Shown here: piece by piece, positions 39,183-49,142 of the stretch | Layout: every line of letters begins with the position of its first letter | How positions within the stretch are numbered: position 1 is the stretch's first letter | Assembly (NCBI GenBank): GCA_028711705.1 | Contig: JAQTRS010000003.1 | Span: forward strand, 27,818-91,817 | Reading direction: 5' to 3' | Source: Candidatus Moraniibacteriota bacterium | GTDB lineage: Bacteria; Patescibacteriota; Minisyncoccia; Moranbacterales; UBA1568 | Length of the DNA stretch: 64,000 nucleotides | Made by a program: the position numbers and the translations under genes | Notes under the pieces: generated by a model | Told to the model about the DNA's origin: nothing | Database searches by the model: none | Seen by the model: only the letters and a program-made list of their open reading frames with translations

Positions 39183-39680
39183 TTAGATGAGGAATTTCTT
39201 CTTATCAGAGGAGAGATTAAGGAAATCATCTACCTTTTCTATGAGTTTCGAGCTGGTTGATTCCTGAAACGCGATGAGCTCTACCCGGCATCCGGTAGTA
39301 TTTTGGATGTACTCGACGAGCGGGATGTAATCTCCATCGCCAGAGACCAGGATAACAGCATCAAGACTCTGCGACATCTTGATGGCATCGATAGCGAGTC
39401 CAACATCCCAATCACCTTTTTTTGCACCATCCGGGAATATCTGCAAATCCTTTGTTTTGACTTCGAATCCGGATTTTTCCAGCGCGTCGAAAAATTTTTC
39501 TTCCATGCCGTCAACTGTGCTTATACCATATGCTATTGCGCGGATAAGCTTTCTATCCACAGCTCCCGCGAGGAGGATATTTTTAAAATTAGCTTTCTTT
39601 CCGTATAAAACCCGTGCGCTATAGTAGATGTTTTGAATATCTACCAACATACCGACGCGCTGCTCTTTGAATTTCGCCAT
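39183..39680 (-). CDS. NYN domain (LabA/DUF88) protein
   Basis: VDIQN, KGDWDVGLAID, LVSGDGDY. Confidence 0.9.
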   Translation of the reverse strand: MAKFKEQRVGMLVDIQNIYYSARVLYGKKANFKNILLAGAVDRKLIRAIAYGISTVDGMEEKFFDALEKSGFEVKTKDLQIFPDGAKKGDWDVGLAIDAIKMSQSLDAVILVSGDGDYIPLVEYIQNTTGCRVELIAFQESTSSKLIEKVDDFLNLSSDKKKFLI

Positions 39681-39719
39681 AAACGTTGCAATAGTATTTA
39701 CCCTTTATATAGGCACAAG

Positions 39720-39759
39720 AAACCAAAAATGCAGGTTGAAGCACCTGCATTTTTGGTTT
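39720..39759. terminator. Terminator hairpin after rpsO
   Basis: AAACCAAAAATGCAGGT...ACCTGCATTTTTGGTTT. Confidence 0.75.
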
Positions 39760-40024
39760 ATTTCAAGTTGAGCTTCTTAGCTAAAGTCTGCTGCGCACCC
39801 TCATCGGTCTTCTTGAGGTATGACATAAGCTTGCGCCTTTTCGCCACCATCTTCAGTAATCCGCGGCGTGAGTGAAAATCCTTATTATTTTTTTTCAAGT
39901 GAGTGGTAAGTTTTTTGATTCTTTCTGTAAAAAGAGCGATCTGGTATTCCGGGGATCCGGTATCTTTATCATGCCTCTTGATGCTTTTTGTCACCTTTTC
40001 CTTCTGTTGATGCGTGAGCGCCAT
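39758..40024 (-). CDS. rpsO: 30S ribosomal protein S15
   Basis: DTGSPEYQIA, KDFHSRRGLLKMV. Confidence 0.98.
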   Translation of the reverse strand: MALTHQQKEKVTKSIKRHDKDTGSPEYQIALFTERIKKLTTHLKKNNKDFHSRRGLLKMVAKRRKLMSYLKKTDEGAQQTLAKKLNLK

Positions 40025-40198
40025 AGCGATATATCAGCAGCATGCTCGTTTTGGTACACCAAAACCAATATGCGCTTCTTTCTTATAAATTAGTGCTATA
40101 CTATAATAGAATAACAGAGAATTTTTCTTTTGGCAAATTTTTCTCATCGATAAACCTTTTATTTTGTGTAAAGGATGTTTTTATTGACATTTTTCCAA

Positions 40199-40636
40199 TC
40201 ATTTTTTATTTGAAGCTAGGCATTTTTCCAAAAGCATGGAGAGCTGCAAAGACTCATTTGTATGCAGATGACCGCATATTTCCTTGCTGAGGGTAAGATT
40301 GGTGGACTCGAATATCTTTTGCAGCATCGATCCTTTCGCAGTCAGAAAAATGCGGCGAACCCTTTTGTCTCGGGCATCATTGACGAGCTTGATATACCCG
40401 CGTTGATGTAATTCCCGTACGTATATACCGATAGTTTGCTTGGTCATTTTTGTGGCGCGCGCAAGTTCTGATGCGCTTTGTCCATCGTTCTCAAAAAGGG
40501 GAAAAAATACAGCACAGAACGATGGCTTCAAATTATAGTAGCCCTTGGAGCGTAAGATATCCATAAACCGCTGATTCCAGACGCGAGTTACCTGAGATAA
40601 GGCATACCCAAGGCTTTTTTGGTATTTTTGTTTCAT
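40199..40636 (-). CDS. MarR family transcriptional regulator
   Basis: ASELAR...TKQT, DKRVRRIFLTAKG. Confidence 0.88.
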   Translation of the reverse strand: MKQKYQKSLGYALSQVTRVWNQRFMDILRSKGYYNLKPSFCAVFFPLFENDGQSASELARATKMTKQTIGIYVRELHQRGYIKLVNDARDKRVRRIFLTAKGSMLQKIFESTNLTLSKEICGHLHTNESLQLSMLLEKCLASNKK

Positions 40637-40754
40637 AAAATCTTGATTGATCCCGGAGGATATTTTGGTCAGATAATCATACCGAAAGAGTGAAACGAAC
40701 GAGTATTTTTGAGTATCGGTGGTTGGATTACTGTTTGAGAAAGTCGTTTGTTGG

Positions 40755-40831
40755 TGGTGGACCTGAGGAGATTCGAACTCCTGACCTCTTCCATGCCATG
40801 GAAGCGCTCTACCAGGCTAAGCTACAGGCCC
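40755..40831 (-). tRNA. tRNA-Ala(GGC), CCA encoded
   Basis: Cloverleaf GGGCCTG...CTTCC-ATGGCAT-GGAAG...TTCGAAT...CAGGTCCACCA; G3-U70. Confidence 0.96.
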
Positions 40832-40936
40832 CCGTGTTTTTCATAAAACATTAGTATTATACCAGATTCACAGTATTCGTCAAATATCCAAAAGATAATA
40901 AACTCTGTATAATAGAGCCAAATAAACTATATATAG

Positions 40937-42445
40937 ATGAATTTTTTTAAAACCGTACTCAAAAATAGGTGTGAGGATATCGATATATGGCTTTTTCTAG
41001 GCTTTCTTTTGGTCTTACCTTTATCTGTACGGAAAGTCATTTGGTATATTCCTCTGCGCGGATCTTTCAATGAGTATGCGGATATTTCAGTATATGCTTC
41101 AGATATTTTTCTTGTAGCGGCCATCAGTACCTGGATTATAAAGGAGTACAATAATATACATATTTTGTCAATAGATAAAAAATGTTTCACATGGAACATG
41201 CTGAGTGTTATCTCCATACGATCTCTTTTACTCTTCCTCCCATTGATTTTGATTGTATGGACGTCTTTATCTCTATTTTACGCGATAGAACTGTATATAG
41301 GTGTATTTTTTGTGGTTAAGTTGTTGGAATTGTATGGAATGTATCTATTTCTTATTTTCCGACTTGTTCCATGTGGAACAAAATTCATAACAGGAAGGAT
41401 ACCTACTTTCAAGGCGACTATTTGGAGTATAATGCTGGTGGGTGTGGCAGAGTCTTTGTTGGGGATAATTCAATTTTTACGACAACGCTCACTAGGACTC
41501 TCTTTTCTTAAGGAGAGTGTTATTGATCCGTCAATGCCGGGAGTTGCTAAGATAATTGTAGATGGTAGTCAATATATACGTTCTTATGGAACGTTTCCGC
41601 ACCCTAATATATTCGCTGGATTTCTTTTGATATCCATTATCGTGAGTCATTTCTACTTGAAGCAGTTTCACGTGGAACAAAATCGAGTACGAGTAGGGAA
41701 TGTAATCGTATTACTTGTTCAATATGTCGGGATTGTCCTCACATTTTCAAAATCAGCAATTATCGGCCTTGGTCTCGCATTGATGTATGTTGGGGTTGTT
41801 TCACGTGGAACGCAATCAGATATGCAATTAATGGGAGGGAGATTTTTAGTAAGGATGAAGAATTTGTTTCACGTGAAACATCACAAGTGGATAATATTGA
41901 CAGCGGCTACGGGTGTGGGAATTATTATAGCTGGATTTCTGTTGAACATAAATGCTGATGCCTTATTTTTTCAATCCCTCAGGGAACGTGATCTATACCA
42001 AAAGATAGCCATCGATGTTATCCAGAAGTATAGTATTTTGGGGATAAGTTGTGGACAACTCGTCATATTTATGTCCCAACAGGGTATTTATCCACTACTT
42101 GAGTGGCAATTGCAACCGGTCCACAATGTTTTTCTTCTCGTCTGGGCAGAGCTCGGCGTGGGGGGTTTTTGTATATTTTTACTATGGTACCTTCTTGTGT
42201 TGGTATCGCCAGTGCGTGATGAAAAACAAAGAAGGAGGAGTAGAGACCTTTTTATGCAAGTTGTTTCACGTGGAACAGACATGTTCGCACGGATGGAGGT
42301 GTATTGGCGTGCGATAGTATGGGGGATGCTTCCGGTACTTCTTTTCGATCATTATTTATGGGATATTCAACAAGGACAACTCATGCTGTGGCTTGTGATG
42401 GGAATGTCCGTAGGGTGTATATTACATCATAAAAGTATATATTAA
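40937..42445 (+). CDS. O-antigen ligase family membrane protein carrying internal parS sites
   Basis: RSYGTFPHPNIFAGFL, TFSKSA, QPVHNVFLLVWAELG, FDHYLW. Confidence 0.88.
   Translation: MNFFKTVLKNRCEDIDIWLFLGFLLVLPLSVRKVIWYIPLRGSFNEYADISVYASDIFLVAAISTWIIKEYNNIHILSIDKKCFTWNMLSVISIRSLLLFLPLILIVWTSLSLFYAIELYIGVFFVVKLLELYGMYLFLIFRLVPCGTKFITGRIPTFKATIWSIMLVGVAESLLGIIQFLRQRSLGLSFLKESVIDPSMPGVAKIIVDGSQYIRSYGTFPHPNIFAGFLLISIIVSHFYLKQFHVEQNRVRVGNVIVLLVQYVGIVLTFSKSAIIGLGLALMYVGVVSRGTQSDMQLMGGRFLVRMKNLFHVKHHKWIILTAATGVGIIIAGFLLNINADALFFQSLRERDLYQKIAIDVIQKYSILGISCGQLVIFMSQQGIYPLLEWQLQPVHNVFLLVWAELGVGGFCIFLLWYLLVLVSPVRDEKQRRRSRDLFMQVVSRGTDMFARMEVYWRAIVWGMLPVLLFDHYLWDIQQGQLMLWLVMGMSVGCILHHKSIY
41183..42277. 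other. parS centromere cluster (6 sites)
   Basis: TGTTTCACATGGAACA 41183, TGTTCCATGTGGAACA 41365, AGTTTCACGTGGAACA 41664, TGTTTCACGTGGAACG 41797, TGTTTCACGTGAAACA 41865, TGTTTCACGTGGAACA 42262; consensus TGTTNCACGTGAAACA. Confidence 0.92.
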
Positions 42446-42591
42446 GCAAGTACTTGTCTTTAATGTTATGATAGTTTGCGCGGTGCGAAAGTTTTCAATA
42501 ATTGAGCGTCGGTATCTGCGTATAATTTTGCTAAACTGCAAAGTAGTGGTATAGTGAAGATATACATAATATATTGCAATATTAAAGCATT

Positions 42592-43608
42592 ATGTTTCCG
42601 TTTCTTTCTCAAAAAATAAAAATAAAAAATCTTAAGATAACACTATTCGTATTCAGCAGCCTTTTTGTACTGAGCTTCGCTGTTTTTTCTTTCGCTGATA
42701 CGCAAAGTACTACCGATAAAAATATTTTCCAGGACACCGACCAGGATGGTTTGAGTAATGATGAGGAAAAACTTTACGGGACTAATCCGAATGAAGCAGA
42801 CACTGATGGGGATAGCTATACCGATGGAACGGAAATTAAAAGCGGTTATAATCCATTGAAAGCAGCTCCTGGGGATAGGGTGAGCTCACTCGCTGATCTT
42901 GAAGAGCAGGAGCAAAACATCTCGCGTGAAACGGTATCTGTGGCAAAGAAGGTGAATCTTACGGAGGAGGTTTCCAGGCAAGTGGCGATGACGATGAAAG
43001 AGAGCGTTTCAAATAAGGAGGATCTGTCTTTGGATGAATTGCGGGAAACTGTCCAAAAGACAATGGCCGACAATATCACTACAGATGCTTTGCCGGAAAT
43101 CGATACGAAGGATATAAAGATCAAAAAACAGAAATATGACAGCCTTTCAGAAGCTGATCGTGCCGAAAAGATAAAAGAAGATACGCTGGAGTATACAACA
43201 GCCTTGTCGTATATCTTCATCAACAATTCCCCTGTTTCTATACAATCAGATAGCGATGCGGAGAATTTCGCGTCCAGTATGTTGGGGAGTTCAGTGACAA
43301 TGCTTACCGGTGGGAATCCTGCGATGCTGGAAGAAATTACCAAGAAAGGCGTTATGATTACCGAGCAGCTTCAGAATGTTACCGTGCCGGAACATATGCT
43401 TGAGCTTCATATTAAAGCGCTACGCCTTGCGCAGTATGCTATGACGTTCAAGGATGGTATCCAGTCTGCTGGTAGTGCCGATCCGCTAGCGCAGATCAAT
43501 ACTCTTGCAAAAGTACAAGGCTTCATAAGTTTGTTTTCCGGATTTGCAAGTGATATGAACGCTGTGCTTGTGAAATATGATGTTCAGGTCCCTGTCGCTT
43601 CAAGTTAA
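42592..43608 (+). CDS. Secreted protein with Ca-binding DxDxDG (TSP3-like) repeats
   Basis: DTDQDGLSNDEEKLYGTNPNEADTDGDSYTDGTEIKSGYNPL after a signal/TM segment. Confidence 0.75.
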   Translation: MFPFLSQKIKIKNLKITLFVFSSLFVLSFAVFSFADTQSTTDKNIFQDTDQDGLSNDEEKLYGTNPNEADTDGDSYTDGTEIKSGYNPLKAAPGDRVSSLADLEEQEQNISRETVSVAKKVNLTEEVSRQVAMTMKESVSNKEDLSLDELRETVQKTMADNITTDALPEIDTKDIKIKKQKYDSLSEADRAEKIKEDTLEYTTALSYIFINNSPVSIQSDSDAENFASSMLGSSVTMLTGGNPAMLEEITKKGVMITEQLQNVTVPEHMLELHIKALRLAQYAMTFKDGIQSAGSADPLAQINTLAKVQGFISLFSGFASDMNAVLVKYDVQVPVASS

Positions 43609-43635
43609 GGGCCATTATTCATTTGTCTTATTGAC

Positions 43636-45024
43636 ATGCGCAATAAAAATCAAAAATCATTTCTGATGTTTGCTAAGGTGCTTATTTTTCAATTTGCCCT
43701 CGTTTTTTCTTTATTCGGATTGACACAGCGTGCTTATGCGGGTGTATGGGGCTATGATGAGGCAAATAACTGGGCGATAGAGATATATGATACGCTTTCG
43801 ATTCAGATTCAGGATGTTATTACCGGTGTTGCTAAACAGGCAGTCGGTCAGCTCATGAATACCCAGATATCTATGATGGTGGGCGGGGGTAATGGTAAAG
43901 GACCTATGTTCATCACGAATTGGCAGACGTTTCTCGTGAGTGATCCTCAGCGCCAGACGAATCTGTATATGAACGACTTTTTTTCACTGACAACGAGAGG
44001 ACGTAACTCGACGGCAAATTATCGTTCTGCGCCATCCGTCGATGCGATTGCTCAGGAGGGTATTACCAATGGTTCTCAGGTAGCGATGTACGGATCTCAT
44101 TGGGAGACTATAGACGGGAGGCAAGTGTGTGTTGGTGATGTTCCTTGTGTAGTTGCTGCCTACGATAAAAACTACTATAAGTACCAGACAGACACGGCTA
44201 TGAGCACTATTGGTTCAGGTGTGCCGAATATAGATCTTATGGATTATGTTCGTAGTCCATCTGATATATTCGATGGTGGAAGCTGGCGGGGTTTCAATGC
44301 TTTTTTCTCTAATACAGCCAATAACCCTATCGGGTATTCTATGATGGCAGGGCAAGCCTACCAAGGACAATTAGCGCAGGAGCAGCGAAAAGCCGATGTG
44401 CAGGCGATCGCTTATCAAGGATTTAAGGCTGTTACTGGACAAGGTGGTGTTGTGAAGACGCCTGGTATTACAGTTGGCCAGCTCGTGGACAAGGTGCAAG
44501 GATTTAGTTTCGATAGTATTTCAAGTGCGAAGGGGGCTGGAGCGATTGTTGGCTCGATGGCTACGATAGCTATCAATACCGTGGTTCAGACGGGTTTGAG
44601 TGCGGCCACCGAGGCGGTGCAATCGGGTCTGGATACAGCTACCGGTTCTTTGTCGAGTGCTACCGGAGGTGTGTTGAATCTTGGATTGAACGCTAACTCG
44701 CTTGCCAATGTGGACTGGAGTAGTTCTGGTACAGGGCAATCTGCTGAATTCAATAATGGTGTCAATAGTTTCAATTCAGATATTCAGAGCGGTCTTATGG
44801 GAAATAATCAGGTGTGGGGTGATATGAATTTTTCCGGTGCGAACGTGGGCAGCACAAACGCCTCGAATCAGAACAGTTATTCGCCACTTGACTCAGTCAA
44901 TTTCCAGAGTCTTCAAAACACAGGGAGTTTAGGCGCGGCGCCGAACGCATTCAATCCGGATACCACTTGGTCAGCACCTGCTTCACCGCAAACAAAAGAT
45001 CCTTTGTGGGTGGGTGGTAACTAG
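43636..45024 (+). CDS. Secreted hypothetical protein
   Basis: Signal peptide ending AYA; G/S/N-rich C-terminus. Confidence 0.75.
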   Translation: MRNKNQKSFLMFAKVLIFQFALVFSLFGLTQRAYAGVWGYDEANNWAIEIYDTLSIQIQDVITGVAKQAVGQLMNTQISMMVGGGNGKGPMFITNWQTFLVSDPQRQTNLYMNDFFSLTTRGRNSTANYRSAPSVDAIAQEGITNGSQVAMYGSHWETIDGRQVCVGDVPCVVAAYDKNYYKYQTDTAMSTIGSGVPNIDLMDYVRSPSDIFDGGSWRGFNAFFSNTANNPIGYSMMAGQAYQGQLAQEQRKADVQAIAYQGFKAVTGQGGVVKTPGITVGQLVDKVQGFSFDSISSAKGAGAIVGSMATIAINTVVQTGLSAATEAVQSGLDTATGSLSSATGGVLNLGLNANSLANVDWSSSGTGQSAEFNNGVNSFNSDIQSGLMGNNQVWGDMNFSGANVGSTNASNQNSYSPLDSVNFQSLQNTGSLGAAPNAFNPDTTWSAPASPQTKDPLWVGGN

Positions 45025-45046
45025 AACGGACAGATTTTAGAAGGGA

Positions 45047-45081
45047 TAATAAACCCACACGTTTTCGTGTGGGTTTATTAT
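45047..45081. terminator. Bidirectional terminator hairpin
   Basis: ATAATAAACCCACACG-TTTT-CGTGTGGGTTTATTAT. Confidence 0.8.
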
Positions 45082-45107
45082 TTCCGAGGGACTTACCTAT
45101 TGATGTG

Positions 45108-45181
45108 TGGGTGTATCCTGACTCGAACAGGAGACCTCTACAATGTCAATGTAGCGCTCTAACCAACTGAGCTATACACCC
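45108..45181 (-). tRNA. tRNA-Val(GAC)
   Basis: GGGTGTA...CTACA-TTGACAT-TGTAG...TTCGAGT...TACACCCA. Confidence 0.95.
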
Positions 45182-45420
45182 AAAACATTATCAGTATACA
45201 CAAAGTCCCTATAAAAATCAAGAGCTTAAGGGATTAATCGGCATAGCCGCGCATTATCAGTCCATGTTTCCAAATCAAAAGGTGTTCAACAATTTTACTC
45301 TATAGCCTGAGAGTGCGGGATGGCTACTGTGCGAGGTTTCCGAGTGTCTTTGCGGCTATATGATGAGGATTAATAATAGGCTCATGGGCAAGGTGTATTA
45401 ACATCAGGGGATGGATATAT

Positions 45421-45454
45421 TATAAAACAGGGCGTAGAAAAGCCCTGTTTTATA
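45421..45454. terminator. Terminator hairpin after ftsH
   Basis: TATAAAACAGGGC...GCCCTGTTTTATA. Confidence 0.7.
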
Positions 45455-45476
45455 ATAGCAAGGTGTAATCGGAATG

Positions 45477-47306
45477 CTAATCCTTTTTAGTTGATATCCC
45501 GACAATTGCATTGAATTCTTCCTTTTCGAGAATTTCTTTTTCAAGAAGAGCATCCGCAATCTTTTTCAGGATGTCCTGTTTGTCCATTAAAATGCCACGT
45601 GCGCGGTCATAGGCCTCACTGACGAGTCTTGATACCTCCTGGTCGATTTCCTGGGCCGTTTTTTCGGAATAATTACGTTCTTCATGCATCTCACGTCCGA
45701 GGAATACAAGTTCTTCTTTCTTTCCGAATGTGCGTGGTCCGAGTGTGCTCATGCCGTAGCGGGTCACAATGCTGCGAGCCATCTGCGTGGCACGTTCTAG
45801 ATCATTGGATGGTCCAGTGGTGATGTCATCAAAGATAAGCTTTTCGCTGGCATACCCACCCAGGAATGTTGCCAGCTCGTCCAAGAAATACTTGTAGGAA
45901 TGCAAACTCCTGTCTTCTATCGGGACAGCAAGCGTGTATCCTCCGGCATGACCGCGAGAGATGATGGAAACTTTTTGTACCGGGTCGGCATACTCAAGAT
46001 TGGCGGCGACAAGTGCGTGCCCTCCTTCGTGGTAGGCGATAATCTCCTTTTCTTTCTGGTTGATAACCTTACTTCTTCGTTCCGGTCCGAGGATAACCTT
46101 CTCGATAGACTCAGTGAGTTCCGCGATGCCGATGGTTTTTTTATTGCGACGGGCTGCTAAAATAGCAGCCTCATTGACGAGGTTGGCAAGATCGGCTCCT
46201 GAAAATCCAGGTGTGCGCTCAGCAAGCGTTCGCAAACGGACTTCCTTTTCAAGGGGCTTGTTTTTCACATGAATAGCGAGGATAGCTTCACGCTCGTTGA
46301 TGTCCGGCAAATCCATGGTGACGCGACGATCGAAACGTCCTGGGCGAAGAAGCGCCGGATCTAAGACATCTGGGCGATTGGTGGCGGCGATGACGATGAC
46401 ATTCGTATCGGTTTCGAAACCATCCATCTCAACCAAAATCTGGTTGAGCGTCTGCTCACGCTCATCATGTCCTCCGCCGAGTCCTGCGCCGCGATGACGA
46501 CCGACAGCGTCGATCTCATCGATGAATACGATAGCTGGAGCGCTTTTCATAGCCTGTTTGAAGAGATCTCGTACGCGGCTTGCACCGACACCGACAAACA
46601 TCTCGACGAATTCGGAACCGCTGATATTGAAGAAGGGAACTCCTGCTTCACCAGCGACCGCTCGTGCCATAAGTGTTTTACCGGTTCCTGGCTGTCCCAA
46701 AAGCAGGACACCTTTGGGTATTTTCGCACCCATATCCTTGAATTTTTTCGGGTGTTTGAGGAATTCGACGACTTCCTGGAGTTCTACCTTCGCTTCTTCC
46801 GCACCAGCGACATCGGAAAACTTCACCTGCTTTTTTTTGTCATGAGGATCAACCATACGGGCACGGCTCATGCCGAATGAGAGGGCCTGGGAATTGCCGC
46901 GTTGCGCCTGGCGAAGCATAAACCACAGCAAGGCTCCGATAAGGAGGAACGGCAAAAGAAAGGGAAGGATGGCGCCCGCCCAAAAAGAGGCGCTCGATTC
47001 TTCCTTAATGGTTATATTCACATCCTTGAGCTTGTCTTTGTCAACGCCGTAATTGCTTAATGTGTCCGTAAGCGATGCTTCCGATTCTTTGATAGCCTTC
47101 TCTTGTTTTTTATCTTTCAAATCGATAGAGAGCTCGTTTTGGTTGACTGTGATCTGTTCCACTTGGCCATTATTAAGCTGTTCGGCCAGCTGGCTGAGCG
47201 ATACATCAGTCGGTTTCTGTGTCGGTGATTGATAGAGGATCATCACTCCTGAAATAAGGAGAAAAAGGAGGATGATACCGCTTATATTTTTTGCGAAGGC
47301 ATTCAT
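45477..47306 (-). CDS. ftsH: ATP-dependent zinc metalloprotease FtsH
   Basis: Two TM helices, [26 protein letters not shown]; start MNAFAK assumed. Confidence 0.98.
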   Translation of the reverse strand: MNAFAKNISGIILLFLLISGVMILYQSPTQKPTDVSLSQLAEQLNNGQVEQITVNQNELSIDLKDKKQEKAIKESEASLTDTLSNYGVDKDKLKDVNITIKEESSASFWAGAILPFLLPFLLIGALLWFMLRQAQRGNSQALSFGMSRARMVDPHDKKKQVKFSDVAGAEEAKVELQEVVEFLKHPKKFKDMGAKIPKGVLLLGQPGTGKTLMARAVAGEAGVPFFNISGSEFVEMFVGVGASRVRDLFKQAMKSAPAIVFIDEIDAVGRHRGAGLGGGHDEREQTLNQILVEMDGFETDTNVIVIAATNRPDVLDPALLRPGRFDRRVTMDLPDINEREAILAIHVKNKPLEKEVRLRTLAERTPGFSGADLANLVNEAAILAARRNKKTIGIAELTESIEKVILGPERRSKVINQKEKEIIAYHEGGHALVAANLEYADPVQKVSIISRGHAGGYTLAVPIEDRSLHSYKYFLDELATFLGGYASEKLIFDDITTGPSNDLERATQMARSIVTRYGMSTLGPRTFGKKEELVFLGREMHEERNYSEKTAQEIDQEVSRLVSEAYDRARGILMDKQDILKKIADALLEKEILEKEEFNAIVGISTKKD

Positions 47307-47468
47307 AGAGGTATCATGGTTATGTATTAATATCGGTCCGTGCTGAGCGTAATCAGCGCGTCTTAAAACTCTTAAAAGGACTCTTATATACCTAAGAGTC
47401 CTTGTTACTGTAGCATCCTTTTGAATTATTTTCAACCTAGGGAGGCGTTTTTTTTGGATTATCCCCCC

Positions 47469-48446
47469 TTATTTTTGGAGGAGGGCGCGCATGGTGACGG
47501 TCGTGCCTCTGTAGGTGACGGTCAATCCCTGAAAGGAAAGGGTTTTTATCTTACTTTTATCGCTACTGAGCATTTTGAGGACCTCGTTCGTATGCGTACC
47601 ACAAATACCTTGTACGTCCCCTCGGAGAATGGTAAAGAAGTTTCGCAATATCATTTTCTGCATACTTATGCTCAGTGCGAGCAGATCGCTGGCCTGAAAA
47701 CTGATTGTCTGCTCCTCTTGATGGAAGATTATCGGGCATAATTCGGCAAAAGAAAGCAGCGTGTTATAATCTTCGCCTACAATGTGGGCAGTATGTGCCA
47801 AAACATCCTGTATGGATGGATTGAAATTTTCCCGGAGATAGGGAAGGAGCTTATGCCTGATCCGGTTGCGAAGGAAGCGCATGTCTTCATTGGAGGCATC
47901 GATGCGATAGATAAGGCCCTGTTTTTTAAGATAGCTCATGATATCCTTGCGGGATGTTTCCAGGAAGGGGCGTATGATGGTGCCTGTTTTCGGTTGCATG
48001 GCACGAAGCCCCGAAAGCCCGGATCCACGGATAAGGCGCATGAGGACGGTTTCCGCTTGGTCGTCGAGGGTGTGTGCGATAGCGATCGTGTCGAGATGAT
48101 GTTTTTGACGTGTTTTTTCAAAGAAATCGTAACGGATATCCCGCAAAACCTCTTCGAGATTGTTCGTGCCGGTGATTTTCGGTTTCAGTACGGAGCAGGG
48201 GATGCTGTGGCGTTTTGCCAAGCCTTTGACGAAGCGTTCATCGGCAGCTGAATCCTTCCCGCGCAAGCTATAGTTGACATGCGCGATGCGGAGTTCCCAA
48301 TCATATTTTTTGCTGAGGACTACAAGGATATCCAAAAGGCAGACACTGTCCGGTCCACCTGAAACACCCACCAGTATTTTTGATCCTTTCGACCAAAGAT
48401 GGTGGGTATGCGCGGTATTTTGAATGCTTTTGATGAATGCGGACAT
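47469..48446 (-). CDS. tilS: tRNA(Ile)-lysidine synthetase
   Basis: SGGPDS, AHTLDDQAET, DASN...RNRIRH. Confidence 0.96.
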   Translation of the reverse strand: MSAFIKSIQNTAHTHHLWSKGSKILVGVSGGPDSVCLLDILVVLSKKYDWELRIAHVNYSLRGKDSAADERFVKGLAKRHSIPCSVLKPKITGTNNLEEVLRDIRYDFFEKTRQKHHLDTIAIAHTLDDQAETVLMRLIRGSGLSGLRAMQPKTGTIIRPFLETSRKDIMSYLKKQGLIYRIDASNEDMRFLRNRIRHKLLPYLRENFNPSIQDVLAHTAHIVGEDYNTLLSFAELCPIIFHQEEQTISFQASDLLALSISMQKMILRNFFTILRGDVQGICGTHTNEVLKMLSSDKSKIKTLSFQGLTVTYRGTTVTMRALLQK

Positions 48447-48451
48447 GGGAG

Positions 48452-49012
48452 CTACTTTCCTTGCTGGATTATTGACCGTACTTTTTCGACAGCTTCATCC
48501 AACTTACCCTGTTCATTGACGACGGTATAGTCGTATATGTCGGTGTGTTTCATCCATTCTTGCGTGTATTTCATACGTTCCGCGATATGGATTTCTGTTG
48601 CTCCTCCTCGATGCCTGAGTCGTTCCGTAAGAACATCTAGTGAGGAAACGGTGATGAAAATAGATTTTATTTTCGGGAGAATTTTTTTGACCGACATCAC
48701 ACCTTGATACTCGATTTTCCAAAGCGCTGTTTTTCCTGTCTGTGCTGCGCGATTAAGCTCCTCGCGCGTTACGCCGTAGAAATTGTCATTGTACTGCTGG
48801 GCATATTCCGCGAATTTTTCCTCATTGATGCCATTTTGGAATTCTTCTTGGGAGATGAAGTAGTAGGGATGTCCTTGGGACTCACCTTCGCGCATTGCCC
48901 GTGTCGTAGTGGTAATAACTCTCTCTATAGGCATAATTGCACTCAATTTTTCGATAATAGAATCCTCTCCAGCACCTGAGGGACCAGAAATGATAAAGAT
49001 ATTTGAGTACAT
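48452..49012 (-). CDS. gmk: Guanylate kinase
   Basis: SGPSGAGEDS, TTRAMREGE, YYFIS, FYG. Confidence 0.85.
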   Translation of the reverse strand: MYSNIFIISGPSGAGEDSIIEKLSAIMPIERVITTTTRAMREGESQGHPYYFISQEEFQNGINEEKFAEYAQQYNDNFYGVTREELNRAAQTGKTALWKIEYQGVMSVKKILPKIKSIFITVSSLDVLTERLRHRGGATEIHIAERMKYTQEWMKHTDIYDYTVVNEQGKLDEAVEKVRSIIQQGK

Positions 49013-49097
49013 AAAGGCAGGTGTATTATGGTTTAGTTGATAGCTTATTATAGTATCCGTCAACGAAAAAGGCAATGCTGCACAGGGTGTTATATAA

Positions 49098-49127
49098 CAA
49101 AAAACGAGACCCTGTGTCTCGTTTTTT
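49098..49127. terminator. Terminator hairpin after rpsA
   Basis: AAAAAACGAGAC-CCTGT-GTCTCGTTTTTT. Confidence 0.75.
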
Positions 49128-49142
49128 GCGCTTTGTAATCGC

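Noticed and set aside
40927-41217. Minus-strand ORF containing MFHVKH
   Set aside because: The peptide is just a translation of a parS site; the ORF is a shadow of the ligase gene.
41183-42277. Repeats as a CRISPR array
   Set aside because: 16-bp palindromes at irregular spacing that match parS; no cas genes in the window.
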